Shown here one piece after another: positions 1 to 13,000 of a stretch of 64,000 bases of DNA (the first letter of the stretch is position 1; every line of letters begins with the position of its first letter). The DNA comes from Marsupella aquatica (lineage: Eukaryota; Plantae; Marchantiophyta). A program made the position numbers and the translations under genes. The DNA is taken from NCBI GenBank assembly GCA_973895155.1, contig OZ316895.1, forward strand, positions 11,909,829-11,973,828, in the 5' to 3' direction. The notes under the pieces are model-generated. The model was not told the DNA's origin. It did no database searches and worked only from the letters and a program-made list of their open reading frames with translations.

Positions 1-1037
1 TTTTTGGACTTAATAAAATATCCACTTCCAGGCAACAAAAATATAACACTGAAAGAAACCTTAAATCATCGTTCTCGTTGGACTTTATTACTTATAAAGT
101 ATCCGCTTCGAGACAAAAAACAACAGCAATAATATAAATCACCATTCTCGATTTCTGGTAATGCGAAGGACCGAAGGAAACACACAACGTCACGTTGCTG
201 CCTTTGATTCCTTGATGCTCCTCCTCGACTCCTCGAGTCCTTGCGAAACGCATCGCACGAGGGAATGATGAATCGCACAACCCAACAAGATAAAATCAAC
301 GCTCCAGTCCAGACACCAGAATGAGCGCATGCTGGTTTTCGTCGTCGTACGTGATAAAGGAGCTCCACCGCTCTCGATCGATCCCTCCCAGTGCCGACCT
401 GCGAAAAGGCACTCAACGAGTGGTACCTATCGCCCACGACTACAGTGCTTCCGTTTCTAGTCGCTAGCCCACTTCCTAGCTTCCGAAAGAAGACAGAGAG
501 CAGGATACTCAAAGGATTTCCAACAACTTCTTTTTGGAAAGAAGACAGAGACGGAGAGCGGCCTTGGACCTTCCAGCTACAAATTCCAATTGCAATTCTG
601 CCCACTAGTACCAAAACTGTACTCGATAGGATTTAGAGAGAAAAAATTGTTCGAGAGAAGACAGACAGCGAGCAGTATTCCAGCTAAAATTGCAATTGCA
701 ATTCCGCATTTCCGCCTGCTACTACTGTACTCTGCTCGCTTAACAAGTAGGACTGTAGGTGAGCTAGCCACAGCTGTGGGCTAGCCCGATTGCTGCGTGT
801 TCGAATGATCTGTTGGAACCTCAATCAGTACCTCACCCACCGAATTTGTCGAGACGCACGACAGATTCAATCTGAGCTTGCTGAAAAGCAAAAATTGAAA
901 AGATACTATTCCCAATCGACTCACCCAGAGACCAGACTTAATCTTTGATCTGCTTAAGGGTGGCTTTACAAGATATATTGAGCACTTGTCACTTTTAGTG
1001 GTGACTTTTAGTCGCTAGCCAACTCATCTTCCGTTAA

Positions 1038-1235
1038 GGTAGTCTGGGTGGTTTTTAGCATTTTAGGGCTTTAGGCTGATGACACGTTAGCATATTTCAC
1101 TTTGATTATTTTTCATTAAACTATGCTGTATTTTGATATGATTGACATACGATCTCCATTACATGGGTCAATGATAGAATGTAGTACGGTGCCTTCCCAA
1201 AGTTGATTAATCAGTGTTGAGCCACCTAGACTACC
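1038..1235. mobile_element. MITE (~200 bp), Tourist-like or TTAA-targeting
   Basis: Terminal inverted repeats GGTAGTCTGGGTGG / CCACCTAGACTACC with 1 mismatch, flanked on both sides by TTAA (1034-1037, 1236-1239). The interior is AT-rich and non-coding. Confidence 0.65.
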
Positions 1236-1250
1236 TTAACGTGAAGCTAA

Positions 1251-1367
1251 GGGCGCCTGCTCGTCTCTTTATGCGTGTATTTGGTCTCCCGCATATGTCT
1301 CCCCGCATACGTGGGTCGACCATATACGGTCGACCAAAATACCTCATAAAGAGACACCCGGCGACCT
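1251..1367. mobile_element. Small Tourist/PIF-Harbinger-like MITE (foldback)
   Basis: Imperfect ~35-bp inverted arms (GGGCGCC..GTCTCTTTATG..GTATTTGGTC vs GACCAAAATAC..CATAAAGAGAC..GGCGACC), flanked by TAA on both sides. Confidence 0.6.
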
Positions 1368-1490
1368 TAACTATATATGTTTCTAGTCACTAGCCCACTC
1401 TAAACATAGACTCCCGACCAAAAATATGTTGAGATGAAGGACTTAATAAATGCAACTCAACTTGAAGGAAGGAGCACAAGTTTAGAAATT

Positions 1491-1638
1491 TTTGGGACCA
1501 CCTGTGGAAGTGGTCTTGTATTGTAACCAAATTAAACACTCCACTTTTGCATTTATTTGGGCAATATTTGGGACCACCCGTGGAAGTGGTCTAAACTTCT
1601 AACCAAAATAAACCCTCCACCTTTGCATTTATTTGGGC
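1491..1638. repeat. Tandem duplication, ~77-bp unit x2
   Basis: TTTGGGACCACC(T/C)GTGGAAGTGGTCT...TTTGCATTTATTTGGG occurs at ~1491 and ~1568. Confidence 0.8.
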
Positions 1639-3647
1639 CCACTGCGTGCCATGTAGGATGGATATGCATCATAGCTGAATGGGCTACCTAGTCCTCTTTG
1701 TAAGTCAACTGCAGCTGTCGCCCCTCATTAAACCGTCCAGATTCAATCTCAGAGTAAAGTGAAGCTGGCTCTGTTCATTATGCCGTCCATATTTAATCTC
1801 CAAGTAAAGTGTAACTGAATGAGACTTTGCCCCCTTATCAAATCTTTACAACTACAATTTTATCCATGTACATGCACTTATCAGTACAACGCGTAACTGT
1901 AACCTCAATAAATGCACCAATATGATCTGCCCTGTTCAGAAAACAATTATCTTATTAGGGAAGGAATATTGCACTAATGAGGTATCTAGGGGAGCTGTGA
2001 TTTACATGTTAACACTTTGTGACACAAAGTTGCTTAGACTTATTAGGGAATCTCACTTATCAAGGCTGCACTTACCAGAGTTACCATGAGACATTACGAA
2101 AACAATACGCTTACTGAGGTCGTCCGAAAAGACATTACATGGTACAATATACCTCGTATGACACAAAAATGCTTACACTTATTAAATAATTATCACACTG
2201 CCAAAAAAACAAAAGGCACTTATTTGGAGATTTCTAGCATAGGCGAAAGATTCAAATGAAGGGAACAGAACCAAGGAGTCCACCACAGCATCAACCAGTT
2301 ACCAAGAACCTAAACCCTTCTTATCAGCAAACTGAAGACCCTCATAGAGCTCCGTTATGAACTACATCAGAGGGGTGAAACAAAAGAATTTAGGGGGTTT
2401 TCACTAATGGCACTGACCACAGTTACTGTGGCATAGTACCAAACAGTCCCCAAATCTGACATCTAACCCTGGTTAATTTGGCCAGCCTGCCCTGCACTGA
2501 CTGCATGATAACGGTACTGACGGTGACGTCAGACGGCAGTCACAACCCTGATCCAACGGTGGAACTGGTGCAGTCACTGTTTCTTGGTACCAAGAAACGC
2601 CGTAGTTTCGAGGTGCGAAACACCCGCACTGACTGGTCAACGATGTTTCAACTAGTAGGGCAAGTTGATTTGGTGTTTGCTCGAAAAGTGGCAATCAATC
2701 AGAAAGTGGCTCCAATGATCAGCGAAAAGGATTTTGCACCTGAGCTGGGCTCAAGAAACGGGTAATTATGTTGAATGGCAGATTGGGAAAGGCTATCATC
2801 GAGGCACTCGTGTTGAAGAACGCAGGTCCTGCTCTGCTGCTGATGATCTGTGGCGATTGCCGTGTAGACATATAATGAGACAACATGAAACGGCAAAACA
2901 GACGAACGAGTATATCAACTTCCAGTGCAACCGAAACATGAGAAGCACAATTGCCACCATCTCAACAACAGCAGGACTACATAGATCAGAGAGTGACGGA
3001 AACATGAATGATAACTCTCCACATCTCAACTAGAAGAATACACCGTCACAAGAAAGACTGAGGGGATCACAGGTTTGCATGTCCATTTTGAGGGTGTCTA
3101 CAACATCAATGTTAATGACAGTGAGTCTTGACATACATACAAGGCGATCTTGACAATAATGAAAGAGAAACTCTTGAGCCGACACCTTTCCATCGATATC
3201 CATGCAATGCAGCCTTGATTCAGTTCTAGTCATCAATACACAATTACATGCTCTCTTGACATGGGAGCAAAAAGGGTGTCTCGCATTATTGATGTCTCCA
3301 ATCTAATGTACTTCCTAGAACGCTATCTCCATCACATGATCTCTACAATCGCTCTCACCCAGGCAGGTCTTCCTAGGACACGAGCTTGGACGGTCGCACT
3401 TGCCATGGGATATCATGGCAACGCCACCGTATCTCTTGCTCGTCCCACGTAAGATGGTCTCCGGCACAAAAATTTGCAGAAACAAAATGACAGTGTATCA
3501 ACATTGTTTCCAAGCTTTGCACCACCACTTACATGAATAAATGGCCGTGACCAGAGAGAATCACTATTCAAAGATCTCTGCAGGAAATTGATGCTTGATC
3601 CAAAAAATTGGCAACAATTTGAACAGACCCAGCACACAACCGAAGTT

Positions 3648-6275
3648 TCAGCTCATAGGCCACCTGTACACTGCGTACTGCCTCCCAAAAATTGTTACCT
3701 CGAAGTAAACAGGCCTCCCCGGATTGCATACCATATGCCTCGCCTTCTTATTCCAAAAGAAGACTCCACAAGTCCCCGCAAACCCTACACAGAACCCAAT
3801 TGCTATGGCTAATAGCGATATCGGACCCTGACTATCGTCAACACTGGGCTTCCAAGGAGAGTCTGGGGACGGGGCTCCGTGTCGTATGCAAACAGGTAAA
3901 GGATAGCCACAAAGCTCCTTGTTCCCCGAGAAATAATCGGACGGAAATGTCCTGAATTGATCTCCTTGAGGAATCTGTCCGGACAGATTGTTGCTCGAGA
4001 CATTGAAATAGGACAGAAATCTAAGGTCAGCCAGCCCTGTCGGAATGGCGCCTGATAGATCGTTCTGAGAGACGTCCAGAGATTCCAGTTGATCGAGATT
4101 CCCAAGACCGCTGGGAATGGGGCCGCTGAAGTTGTTGCAGGACAAAGTCAAAGTGACAATCTTCTGCAAAGCGCCCATTCCCTCGGGGATACTTCCTTGA
4201 AAAGAGTTGTTCGAGATGTCTAACAAGTAATTCACAGGCAAGACATAGGTCAAAGTCAAATCCACCCCTCCTTTCCCAGCGATTGTGAGTTCCACATGCA
4301 CGTCATCCGCATGAGATGATATGCCGTCCTCGTTCTTGTTGCTCGTATTCATAAAACCGCTCGGCTTGGAGAAACTTTGGGTTAACTCTCCACCGAAGTT
4401 GTTTGCTGACAAGTCAACCAACTGGAGCAGTCTACTCTGGGTAATCCATGATGGGAACGGTCCAGACAAATTATTACCCCCGACGAGGAAGACCCTCAGG
4501 CTCTGAACGAGGTTCTGCAACGTCCATGGCAGCCACCCATAGAGTCGGTTGTAGCTCAAGTCTAGCACTACCATGTTGGAGCAGTTACCCAGAGATGATG
4601 GAACCGTGCCTTCAAGGGCATTGTATCGCAGCGACAAGCTAACGAATGATACCAAATTACCAAGACTTCGTGGTATATCACCTGTGAGAGCATTGTTTCC
4701 TAGCTGCAGAAAGATCATTTTCGAGCAATTCCCCAGGTTTTCTGGAATGGGTCCGCTGAGATTGTTTCGCTCCAGAAACAGATAGGCCAGGTTCAGCATG
4801 TTATTTCCCATGAACAAGGGGATAGTGCCCGTGAGCCCGTTCCAACTCAAATCGAGGTGCATCATTAGGGTCAAGTTTCCTAAAGATTCAGGAATCTTCC
4901 CTGTGAAGTTGTTGGTGTACAGAGACAGCGTATGCAACTTTGTCATATTTGTTCCAATGAAGTCGGGAATGCGTCCCGACAAGTTGTTCTTCGACAAATC
5001 GAGCGACTTCAAGTTGCTCAACGCGACCCATGATGAAGGAATTTCGCCAGTCAAGTGGTTGGACCACAGGGCTAGCGTTGTCATATGTACAAGATGGCTG
5101 AGGAAGGCAGGTAGAGGACCAGACAAAGACGTCTGCGACAAGTCGAGCTCTACCAAGTTGGTGCAGTTCGCTATCTCCGGAGGGACAGATCCATATACGG
5201 GATTGGTATAGAGGTACAAATCTTGCAGATTTGCCAAGCGCCCATACTCCGCTGGAATCTCGCCCGTGAAGTTATTTTGGTCGAGAGCCACCGAGGTGAG
5301 GTTGGCACTGTTTCCCAAATCTGGGAGATTCCCCGAGAGCTGATTTCCGAACAAAGCCAATGTTCGCAAGTCCACAAGCTGGGAGATATGAAAACCGAGG
5401 CCAGTTAGATAGTTTCGTCCAAACCCCAACAAAGACAGCGATGTCAGATTGCCAATCTCAGCCGGTAAACTGCCGCCGAGTATATTTCCTCCCAAACGAA
5501 TTTGCTCGAGGTTCGCCAGGTTCCCATACGATGCTGGAACTTGACATTCCAGATGATTAGTATATAGATGCAATAGAACCAACTGCGAGAGATTGCCAAG
5601 TTCCTCGGGGAGACAATTGCCGAGCAAATTTTCGAACATCAGCAGCGACTGGAGCTGCGATAATTGCCCGAACTCCCGAGGAATGCTGCCTGAGAGGTTG
5701 TTGCCTGAAAGGTGTAACTCAATCAACCCAGTGAGATTACCCCAGGTCGGAGAGAGAGTGCCAGCTAGGGAGTTAAAACTCAGATCCACGTAAACAAGTC
5801 CCGCGCATTTCTGTAGAAACTCCTCAGGAATATGTCCACTCAGACTGTTATTGTTAAGAAAGATTTCATGAAGTTGACTGAGATTTCCGAGAGAGCTGGG
5901 TAAGACACCCGTCAGGTTGTTGGAGGACAAATCCAGTGAGACGAGCGCAGACAGATGCCCGACGACGGGAGAGATGGAGCCGACCAAAGCAACATTGGAG
6001 AGGTGGAGCTCAGTGACCCGCATGCCTTTGTTGTCGCAGGTGACTCCCTTCCATCCTTTACACGGATTCGCATGGTTACTTCCCGTTCCCCAGCTGCCCA
6101 GCACGCCCTGAGAGTCCCCCAAGCTTTTTTTCAACTCTAGTAATGCGTGCGAGTCACCAGACAGCCCATTCGACGTCGACGTAGCGGCAGTAATACACAG
6201 GCAGCAGAAGAGGAAGAGTGCAGCCGGTACCACGCGCGAATATCGAGTCTGTAATCCAGAGTCCGCGCTGCTCAT
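3648..6275 (-). CDS. Leucine-rich repeat receptor-like protein (LRR-RLP, no kinase), intronless, 875 aa
   Basis: Signal peptide; LRRNT cap (W..C.GWKGVTC); more than 20 plant extracellular LRRs (LxLSxNxLxGxIP); an island region followed by ~4 LRRs; C-cap (FSGNKELCGYPL..C); TM helix with GxxxG (IGFCVGFAG); short cytoplasmic tail. Confidence 0.93.
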   Translation of the reverse strand: MSSADSGLQTRYSRVVPAALFLFCCLCITAATSTSNGLSGDSHALLELKKSLGDSQGVLGSWGTGSNHANPCKGWKGVTCDNKGMRVTELHLSNVALVGSISPVVGHLSALVSLDLSSNNLTGVLPSSLGNLSQLHEIFLNNNSLSGHIPEEFLQKCAGLVYVDLSFNSLAGTLSPTWGNLTGLIELHLSGNNLSGSIPREFGQLSQLQSLLMFENLLGNCLPEELGNLSQLVLLHLYTNHLECQVPASYGNLANLEQIRLGGNILGGSLPAEIGNLTSLSLLGFGRNYLTGLGFHISQLVDLRTLALFGNQLSGNLPDLGNSANLTSVALDQNNFTGEIPAEYGRLANLQDLYLYTNPVYGSVPPEIANCTNLVELDLSQTSLSGPLPAFLSHLVHMTTLALWSNHLTGEIPSSWVALSNLKSLDLSKNNLSGRIPDFIGTNMTKLHTLSLYTNNFTGKIPESLGNLTLMMHLDLSWNGLTGTIPLFMGNNMLNLAYLFLERNNLSGPIPENLGNCSKMIFLQLGNNALTGDIPRSLGNLVSFVSLSLRYNALEGTVPSSLGNCSNMVVLDLSYNRLYGWLPWTLQNLVQSLRVFLVGGNNLSGPFPSWITQSRLLQLVDLSANNFGGELTQSFSKPSGFMNTSNKNEDGISSHADDVHVELTIAGKGGVDLTLTYVLPVNYLLDISNNSFQGSIPEGMGALQKIVTLTLSCNNFSGPIPSGLGNLDQLESLDVSQNDLSGAIPTGLADLRFLSYFNVSSNNLSGQIPQGDQFRTFPSDYFSGNKELCGYPLPVCIRHGAPSPDSPWKPSVDDSQGPISLLAIAIGFCVGFAGTCGVFFWNKKARHMVCNPGRPVYFEVTIFGRQYAVYRWPMS

Positions 6276-7131
6276 GATCTGATGCTCTCCCGGACTCCCT
6301 CAGCCCTTCTCTGCTTCAGATCCCTGGGCCCGCTGAAGGAGTCTCATATTCCTATGCGCCACTTCGTTCCGTCACAGACAACTGCAAACTCAGAAGCTCA
6401 TCCAACAACTACAAAGTCATCAACGGAACGCCTGGAAATCAATGGCTTCGATGACACCTCCCAAGTCAACTGCATGCACCCTTGTCCTCCTGGGTGTGTG
6501 CATGTCACCTATGACAACACGAGATGACCCTCCGCTTACGTTGTATCTGACATTCGTCTGGCTCTTCCACCACCTCCCTTGTTACTTCAATCGTCCACTT
6601 CGAGGTGGATAGAGGTAGAGAGACCACTTGTTCCATCAAACTTCCTCTCCCGGAAACCGCCTCCTCACTCTGACATTGACACGATACCCTTTCACATGAA
6701 CATTTCTTCGTAGCCTAAGCGTCTTACTTGTCATCCACTACGTTCCTTCGTTCAGCACCTGCTCGGTACATAACAACCTGCAGTGATCCAACTACCTCTA
6801 ATCCCAGATTCCTAAGGAACGCAGCCATATCACACGTGAAGGTCCCTATGTGACTGATACCCTGGATCACGCACAAGTCATAAACATGCCATCAGTATCC
6901 AAGACCAAATATCCTCACTAAACAAGGAATTCGAGCGGTTTTCCAGGGGCTTGTATCAAAGGTCGAAGAATACCCTGAAAACATTAACAAAGGAATGAAT
7001 GATCTTATGTGCTGGTTAGACACCCAAAACTGTCTGCCCCCTAACTCGTTTGCTTCCAAGCACACTCAGCCAGACCGACAAACACTTCCATTGGCCCATA
7101 AAGAAGCACGCAAAGCACTCTCTCTCACGCA

Positions 7132-7133
<2 letters not shown>

Positions 7134-7184
<51 letters not shown>
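7134..7184. repeat. (CT)n microsatellite
   Basis: About 25 perfect CT units. Confidence 0.95.
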
Positions 7185-7185
<1 letters not shown>

Positions 7186-8583
7186 AATAACTCCTGCCAC
7201 AAACCTGGACGATGTAAGTTTGTCTCCAAACCAAAACGGGGGAGAAAATGCGGACAAGAAGACGTACTCCTTCCTGCTGCTTCTCCCGCGAGCACGGACG
7301 CCCACTGCCAAGGTACAAAGAATTCCCGTTCGCTCCCCGTTCGCTCCTCTTCCGACGGGCCACTCTAACTCCACCACTTCAGCCAACAAGCGAACAGTAG
7401 TGAACGAATCGAGTAGCCACCGGGTCGCTGCGCGTTTCGAATGACGAACCTCCACGATGATCGATCCTCCAAAAAACACAATCCACCACGACTGCTTTCA
7501 CAGTACTCCCCGAGCGATGCACAGGAGACACTCTCTCTTACAGCTCCTCTCCCTCCCGAAACTGCCTCCGTGCACAGTCATCCCCGGCAATCTGGCTAGT
7601 ACATGACATGAATGAGATCCGATGAAATCGGACGTTCCGGACCCGACAATCGGGATGTATTCTCCTCACTCCTCTCCTCCACCACAAGAGCAACGGAATG
7701 GCATCAGAGAACAGTTGAACCTCTCTCTCTCTCTGCCCTCTCCAGCATGAGTCCACAAAAGTATCAACCAGACGACCGACCGACCGACCACAGACCAACA
7801 AAAAAATTCGGCTTGCTATCTCGCTGGCAATTGAGAAATCGCGTCGCCACCGAATTGATGAGCTCAGCGATTCCGTCTCTCGCTCTCATCTCCTCGGGTC
7901 CCTTGCAGTCCTCTCTCTCCTCGAGTCCTCTCTCTCCATAGCTCATTAGCTCAGCTCAGCGCATCAGCCGTCGGGTCGGGACGGGGCCAAGGGAGGGACG
8001 GATGGCGGGGCCACCCCTCCCACAGTCCGAGGATGTGATATGCCCAACTTTTCCCAAGTAAATTAATTAAGGGGACGATTGGAGTATCTCACTTTGCTGC
8101 TCACTCTTCGCCGCCGATTCAACAGCATCGACGCTGCTCAGGAGACGATTCTCGGATCATGCCCTCCGGAGCAATGAGATTGCTCCATTTGCCGCCCACT
8201 CTTTTTCGCGTTGTGATCATGTTTTTTAAGTGTGGACATAAAACCCGCGGAAAGTGACGTGTCGAGCATCCTGTCGCTTGCTGGCATGGGATAAAGCGCG
8301 TTTTCGACGGAGTTTTTTAATAGGTCCTTTTCCTTGAAAGATTAAATTAAATTAACCAACGTGTATTCGCTCTAGGATTCTATTTGTTTTCATGATTTAT
8401 TTAATTAATTTAATTATTGATTTATTAACATCAGTGCCACTTCTCCAAAAGTAAATAGTCCATCCAGACTCCATTATTGATTATTCACTTGCATCCATAA
8501 AATATTGGTGACCCACAAAGATGATAAGGGTGCAATCATCCGCACCCTTTTAAAAAGATATTATGTTTCAAATTTTATATGTC

Positions 8584-8890
8584 ATAGTCAGATCCCCGGC
8601 GTTCCACAAAAGATGTAGAGGTCATAAAAAGATGTTGAGTTCATAAAAGATGTCCAGGAAAGAAAAGATGTTGAGTAGAAAAAAGATATCAAAAAGAGAA
8701 AAAGATGTCCAAATGATAAAAAGATGTTGAGTAGAAAAAAGATATCAAAAAGAAAAAAAGATGTCCAGATGATAAAAAGATGTCCAGATGATAAAAAGAT
8801 GTCCAAGTGAAAAAAAATATAAAGTGATAAGAAGATGTAGAGGTGATAAAAGTTATCCAGATGATAAAAAAATGTCAATGTGAGAATGAT
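8584..8890 (-). mobile_element. Non-autonomous Helitron-like repeat, copy A (degenerate end)
   Basis: Array of ~19-21-bp units (AAAAAAGATGTCCAGATGA-like) shared with copies at 16.9, 32.7 and 40.3 kb, with a GC-rich tract at the putative 3' end. Confidence 0.5.
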
Positions 8891-9899
8891 GTCTATGTGA
8901 GAGTTCTCAAATAAAGGTCTTCTTGAGCATAATTGATGTGGTACGGAAGTGCTATTGGACAAAAGTGTTTTAAAGCGGTAAGTCAGAGAAAAGGAAAGTG
9001 ATGTCATTTTTGGAAGTGTACGGTTCATGAAATGTTGGTAGTAGTGACGTGGTGTTAGCATTAGGAAAAAGAGTGCATGTAGAAAGGATCAAAAGAAAAT
9101 TAAAACATGAGTTGCAAGGGAGGAAGGAGAGGTGGAAGTTTAATGCATAAATGAAGAACACAACAGACACAAAAAAAAATTGGTCCGAAACGAGAGTGAT
9201 AAGAAAACATAAGATTCAGATTCTCCTGCATTGCACCAAGAGACGTGTTATTCAAGAAGAACTTACACGATTGACACTAAAAGTGATAAGCAGAAAATAA
9301 ATTGATGAGAAATGTGAAAAAAAGTGAGTTGTGAGTGGGGAGGAGAAGTTTTGTGTAGTATAATAATGAGTAGTGAGTGAAACCTTGGGGAGACTTCACC
9401 TGAATTGGGTGGATCATAAAACTTGTCCCCATTCCCAAGGCCTGGCTTATGAGACAATCTTCAGTGAGTCCAATCTACTATGAAATAAAACAGTCATGTA
9501 ATTTCTGTAATTACCTATGAGATTTTTTATTATGGTTAGATGGTTGGGACTAACTGAGGATGCCATGCCAAAGGGGTGGGCTTGTGATACTCTATGTAAT
9601 GTACAGTAGTACTGCACCAACGGCAGGTCCATAATTATCCTGTATAATAAATACCTTAGTTGGTTTTTATATATGTACCTAGTGGATCAGTAACATACAT
9701 GAAGAAACGGATGACACATAGCGACCCATACCAAAGGCACTGGTGATGCGCTACTATTCCATATATCACGCTCCCAACGAACAAAAATGCCTAACCTGCG
9801 GCCAGGATCTTAAAAACCAGAAACCCAATTTAAGGGGAAGAAACCAGGGCACAACCCTAGAAGACCAAACAGTCCAACAGCTTGAGAGTCACTAAATCT

Positions 9900-10030
9900 A
9901 GTAAAATAATTAAAACCCTACTGAGCAATAAACTGAAAAGTTTGGTAGAGCTTTGGAGTACTCCCCATAGGAGGGTCTCACAGAGTTCTTTGTCTAGAAA
10001 TCCAAAAACCAACAGCCTCAGTCCCATGAA
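9900..10030. repeat. Dispersed repeat, possible LINE/SINE 3' remnant
   Basis: CTACTGAGCAATAAACTGAAA...AAAACCAACAGCCTCAGTC, with related copies at ~11160-11280, ~12100-12205 and ~44700-44740. Confidence 0.5.
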
Positions 10031-13000
10031 GAAATTTGAATGCATGAGCGGTCAGTCTCTAGTGCAACACAGCTTAAGTCAAAAAAATAAATTCTTCGTA
10101 TGCACATAAATTAGGACATATTCCATATATTTTTGTCATATACAACAACTCTCGGCTCCAGCACCAAATTGTTTGCAAACCAAGTTAACTCAGTTCTTGA
10201 GTTTGCTAAATTCATCATGTTATGTTTGCAATTAAAGCATTTGACTAACCCAAAGCAAGACCCAGACTAGCCCATTTATGATGAGTTTTCCGGCTTTGAA
10301 GTGAGCTTTCAAGCTATCCAACCGAGGTTCCTAATCCATATCCAACCTATACAAGTGTCCTGGAGAACTTAGGACACTCCAGCCATAAATCCCAAGCTTA
10401 GTGGGTGGGTTCTTTGCATCAGTAGACTTTTATGGGAGCACCACTTTTTTTAATAAACAGGATTTTTATACATTACATAGAAACTTAAAAGTGGCATTCT
10501 AGTATATTTATTTCTTTAATTATTTTATTAAACAAGAGGATGTCTGTCCATTGGGGGTATTGACCAGTCAGCCAATAAACCCTAAAGTTTTCCACTCATG
10601 TCAACAGGTTTGAAACCAAGTTCAGGGGACGATGACACCCGCAATGACAAACATTCCAGTAGTCACATGATCCTTCCAAATGATTGTGTCAATGTTTTCT
10701 CAATCCAATCATGGATGCATGGAAGCTATTATGTTACAGTGCCATACCAGCACTAAGAAATGTCTGAATATTGGCAGAAAGAGTATTTAGTTACTTAGTG
10801 TTATGAAAGAACTATTCCATACACCAAAACTTGGAAATTTTGGCTAGTCATCTGACTTAACAGCACATAAAGCAAAGATTATCCTTTAAGTATCTTATAA
10901 TAATCCTGGAAATATTAGTTGTTAGAAGGAGTCTCGAGCCCATCCTGCCCTGCCGGGCTTCTCATTGAAACCACTATAATTATGTGTCCATGTCTGAAGC
11001 TCACTAGCGTACTAAAAAACAAAAGGCGCCAATCTAGGAGACAGGATTCTGAAAGCAAGAAACACAATAAAAGGGGGAAACAAATGAAAACCCAAGGAGA
11101 CAAAAGTGAATAAAAGCCCCAAGCCAAAGCCTGAGGCACCCAAACAATGACAAAAGAACTAAAGCCTTACTGAACAACAAACTCAAAATCCTGATAGAGC
11201 TCCAGAGTAAAGAGCATAAGCTGGTCACAAATTAGAGAGAATTTGACTAAAGGCCCTAAAATCAACTACCTCAGTCTGACTAAGAACTGTGAATGCATGA
11301 TTTTGCTTTGCCCATCAGTCCCTCCTGCCACCTAGACATCTGGTTTGTCACCAAGGGTCTTGCAGGACACATCATTTCTCCAGCCAATTTATTTATCACC
11401 CGACCTTTACCCCACCCTTTCTTTCGACTCGATATCAATATAGGATATATACAGTGTACAGCAGCTCCATGTCATGATAAACCTTGCTATTTTCTTTGAA
11501 TCAATGAGTGCACGCAGTATATTACCAGATTTTGATGTGTGATTACCAGCAGGGCTTCGTTCTCCCTTACACAGAGATGAACAACATCTTAGTGTTTGTC
11601 TAGAGTTCTAAGGGATTAGATTGTGAGTAATGGAAATAAATTATTTTATATGTGAAGTTAGTTTCTATGACCTGCATGGATTCTCATCACCACTTGTTAA
11701 AAGACAAATGTTATTGTTGATATATCTGATCAAGTGAGGCTGGAAGTGCGGTCAAGGGTGAAGCTAGGAATCCTCTCCAAACAATCCACTGGCCAAGTTG
11801 TGGTTTGGATGGTAAAAGTGAGGAGGAGGTGGAACTCTAAACCCACTTCATATGACACATGATGACTGCAACCACCAAATACAGTATAGCCAATTAAAAC
11901 AGCCATAAAAATCTTATTTACCCAAGAGTCTGCTACCATCATTGCCATGAGGATGTTAAACATAAGGGAATTGGACCCTAAAAAATACAAACAATCCCAA
12001 CTGGGAGATAGGCTAGGATCTTAAAGGTAATAGATCCAATCCAAGGAAGACCTACGAGCCCAAAGTCTCATTGCCCCCCATATCAGTAAAGGAACACCTC
12101 TACTGAGCAAGAAAACTGGAAACTTGTTAACACTCAGACGCAATACGCATAAGAGGATTACAAAAAAGGATTTTATTTAGAGGTCCTAAAACAAATAGCC
12201 TTGACAACACCAATATTAAGTGTCCCATTAATTGCACATCAAAATATGACATATAGTATAGCATGTTCATCCTACTACATGCCTATTTTGACTTATCTAA
12301 AAGAATTGAAATGAGGAGATATTTTAATTTCACTAGTTTGTGAAAAACAAGTATTGAAAAAATGATTATAAGAAAGTTAATGAAAAACCAGGAACCTTTT
12401 AAGAAAATTAAAGTGAAAAAAAGTACAATAGTACATGTGCATTAATTTCTATGTACTAGTCAATGTACTTGTATAAGTAGAACACTTTATGATTCAAAGA
12501 GAGTGAACTACTGAATTTTGTTTTTTTAATTTTCTGCTCTGTTTGGGCTCTTTATTTAGGTGACACCTGTTGATGAATGAACCATGAACAATGTAAATAC
12601 TATAACCAATGGAATATAAGGTGCACTCATCAATGAATAGTGTACTAGTTGCTTGGTTGAAGGGTCCAACTTCTCATGCAAGTAAGGAAATATGCCCCTC
12701 AAAATGTTTTAAAAAATATTGGGGACCTAATAAAAACTAAGGAAATGGGAAAAGTTAAAGGGTTGCCAAAAATGACTGAATTGTAAATAATACATGGCTA
12801 AGCAAGGACTTGGCCAAATTAACATAAAAATACATTTCAATCAAATTGAATGAGACATGATAGCCAAAGAGTGTCCCACCATATAACAGTCTCAAAAAAA
12901 TTGACAATATACAGTATAAGATGTCATACCAGACCATGATAAACACATTTTTTCTCTTTCAATTATTGTGTATTCATTGTACACCATATCTATTCACTGT

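Noticed and set aside
66-784. Overlapping ORFs at the window start
   Set aside because: No recognisable protein. More likely UTR or intron of a gene extending outside the window.
8588-9061. Phe-rich ORFs here and at 40385-40759 as membrane proteins
   Set aside because: They are translations of the T-rich minisatellite in the Helitron-like repeat.
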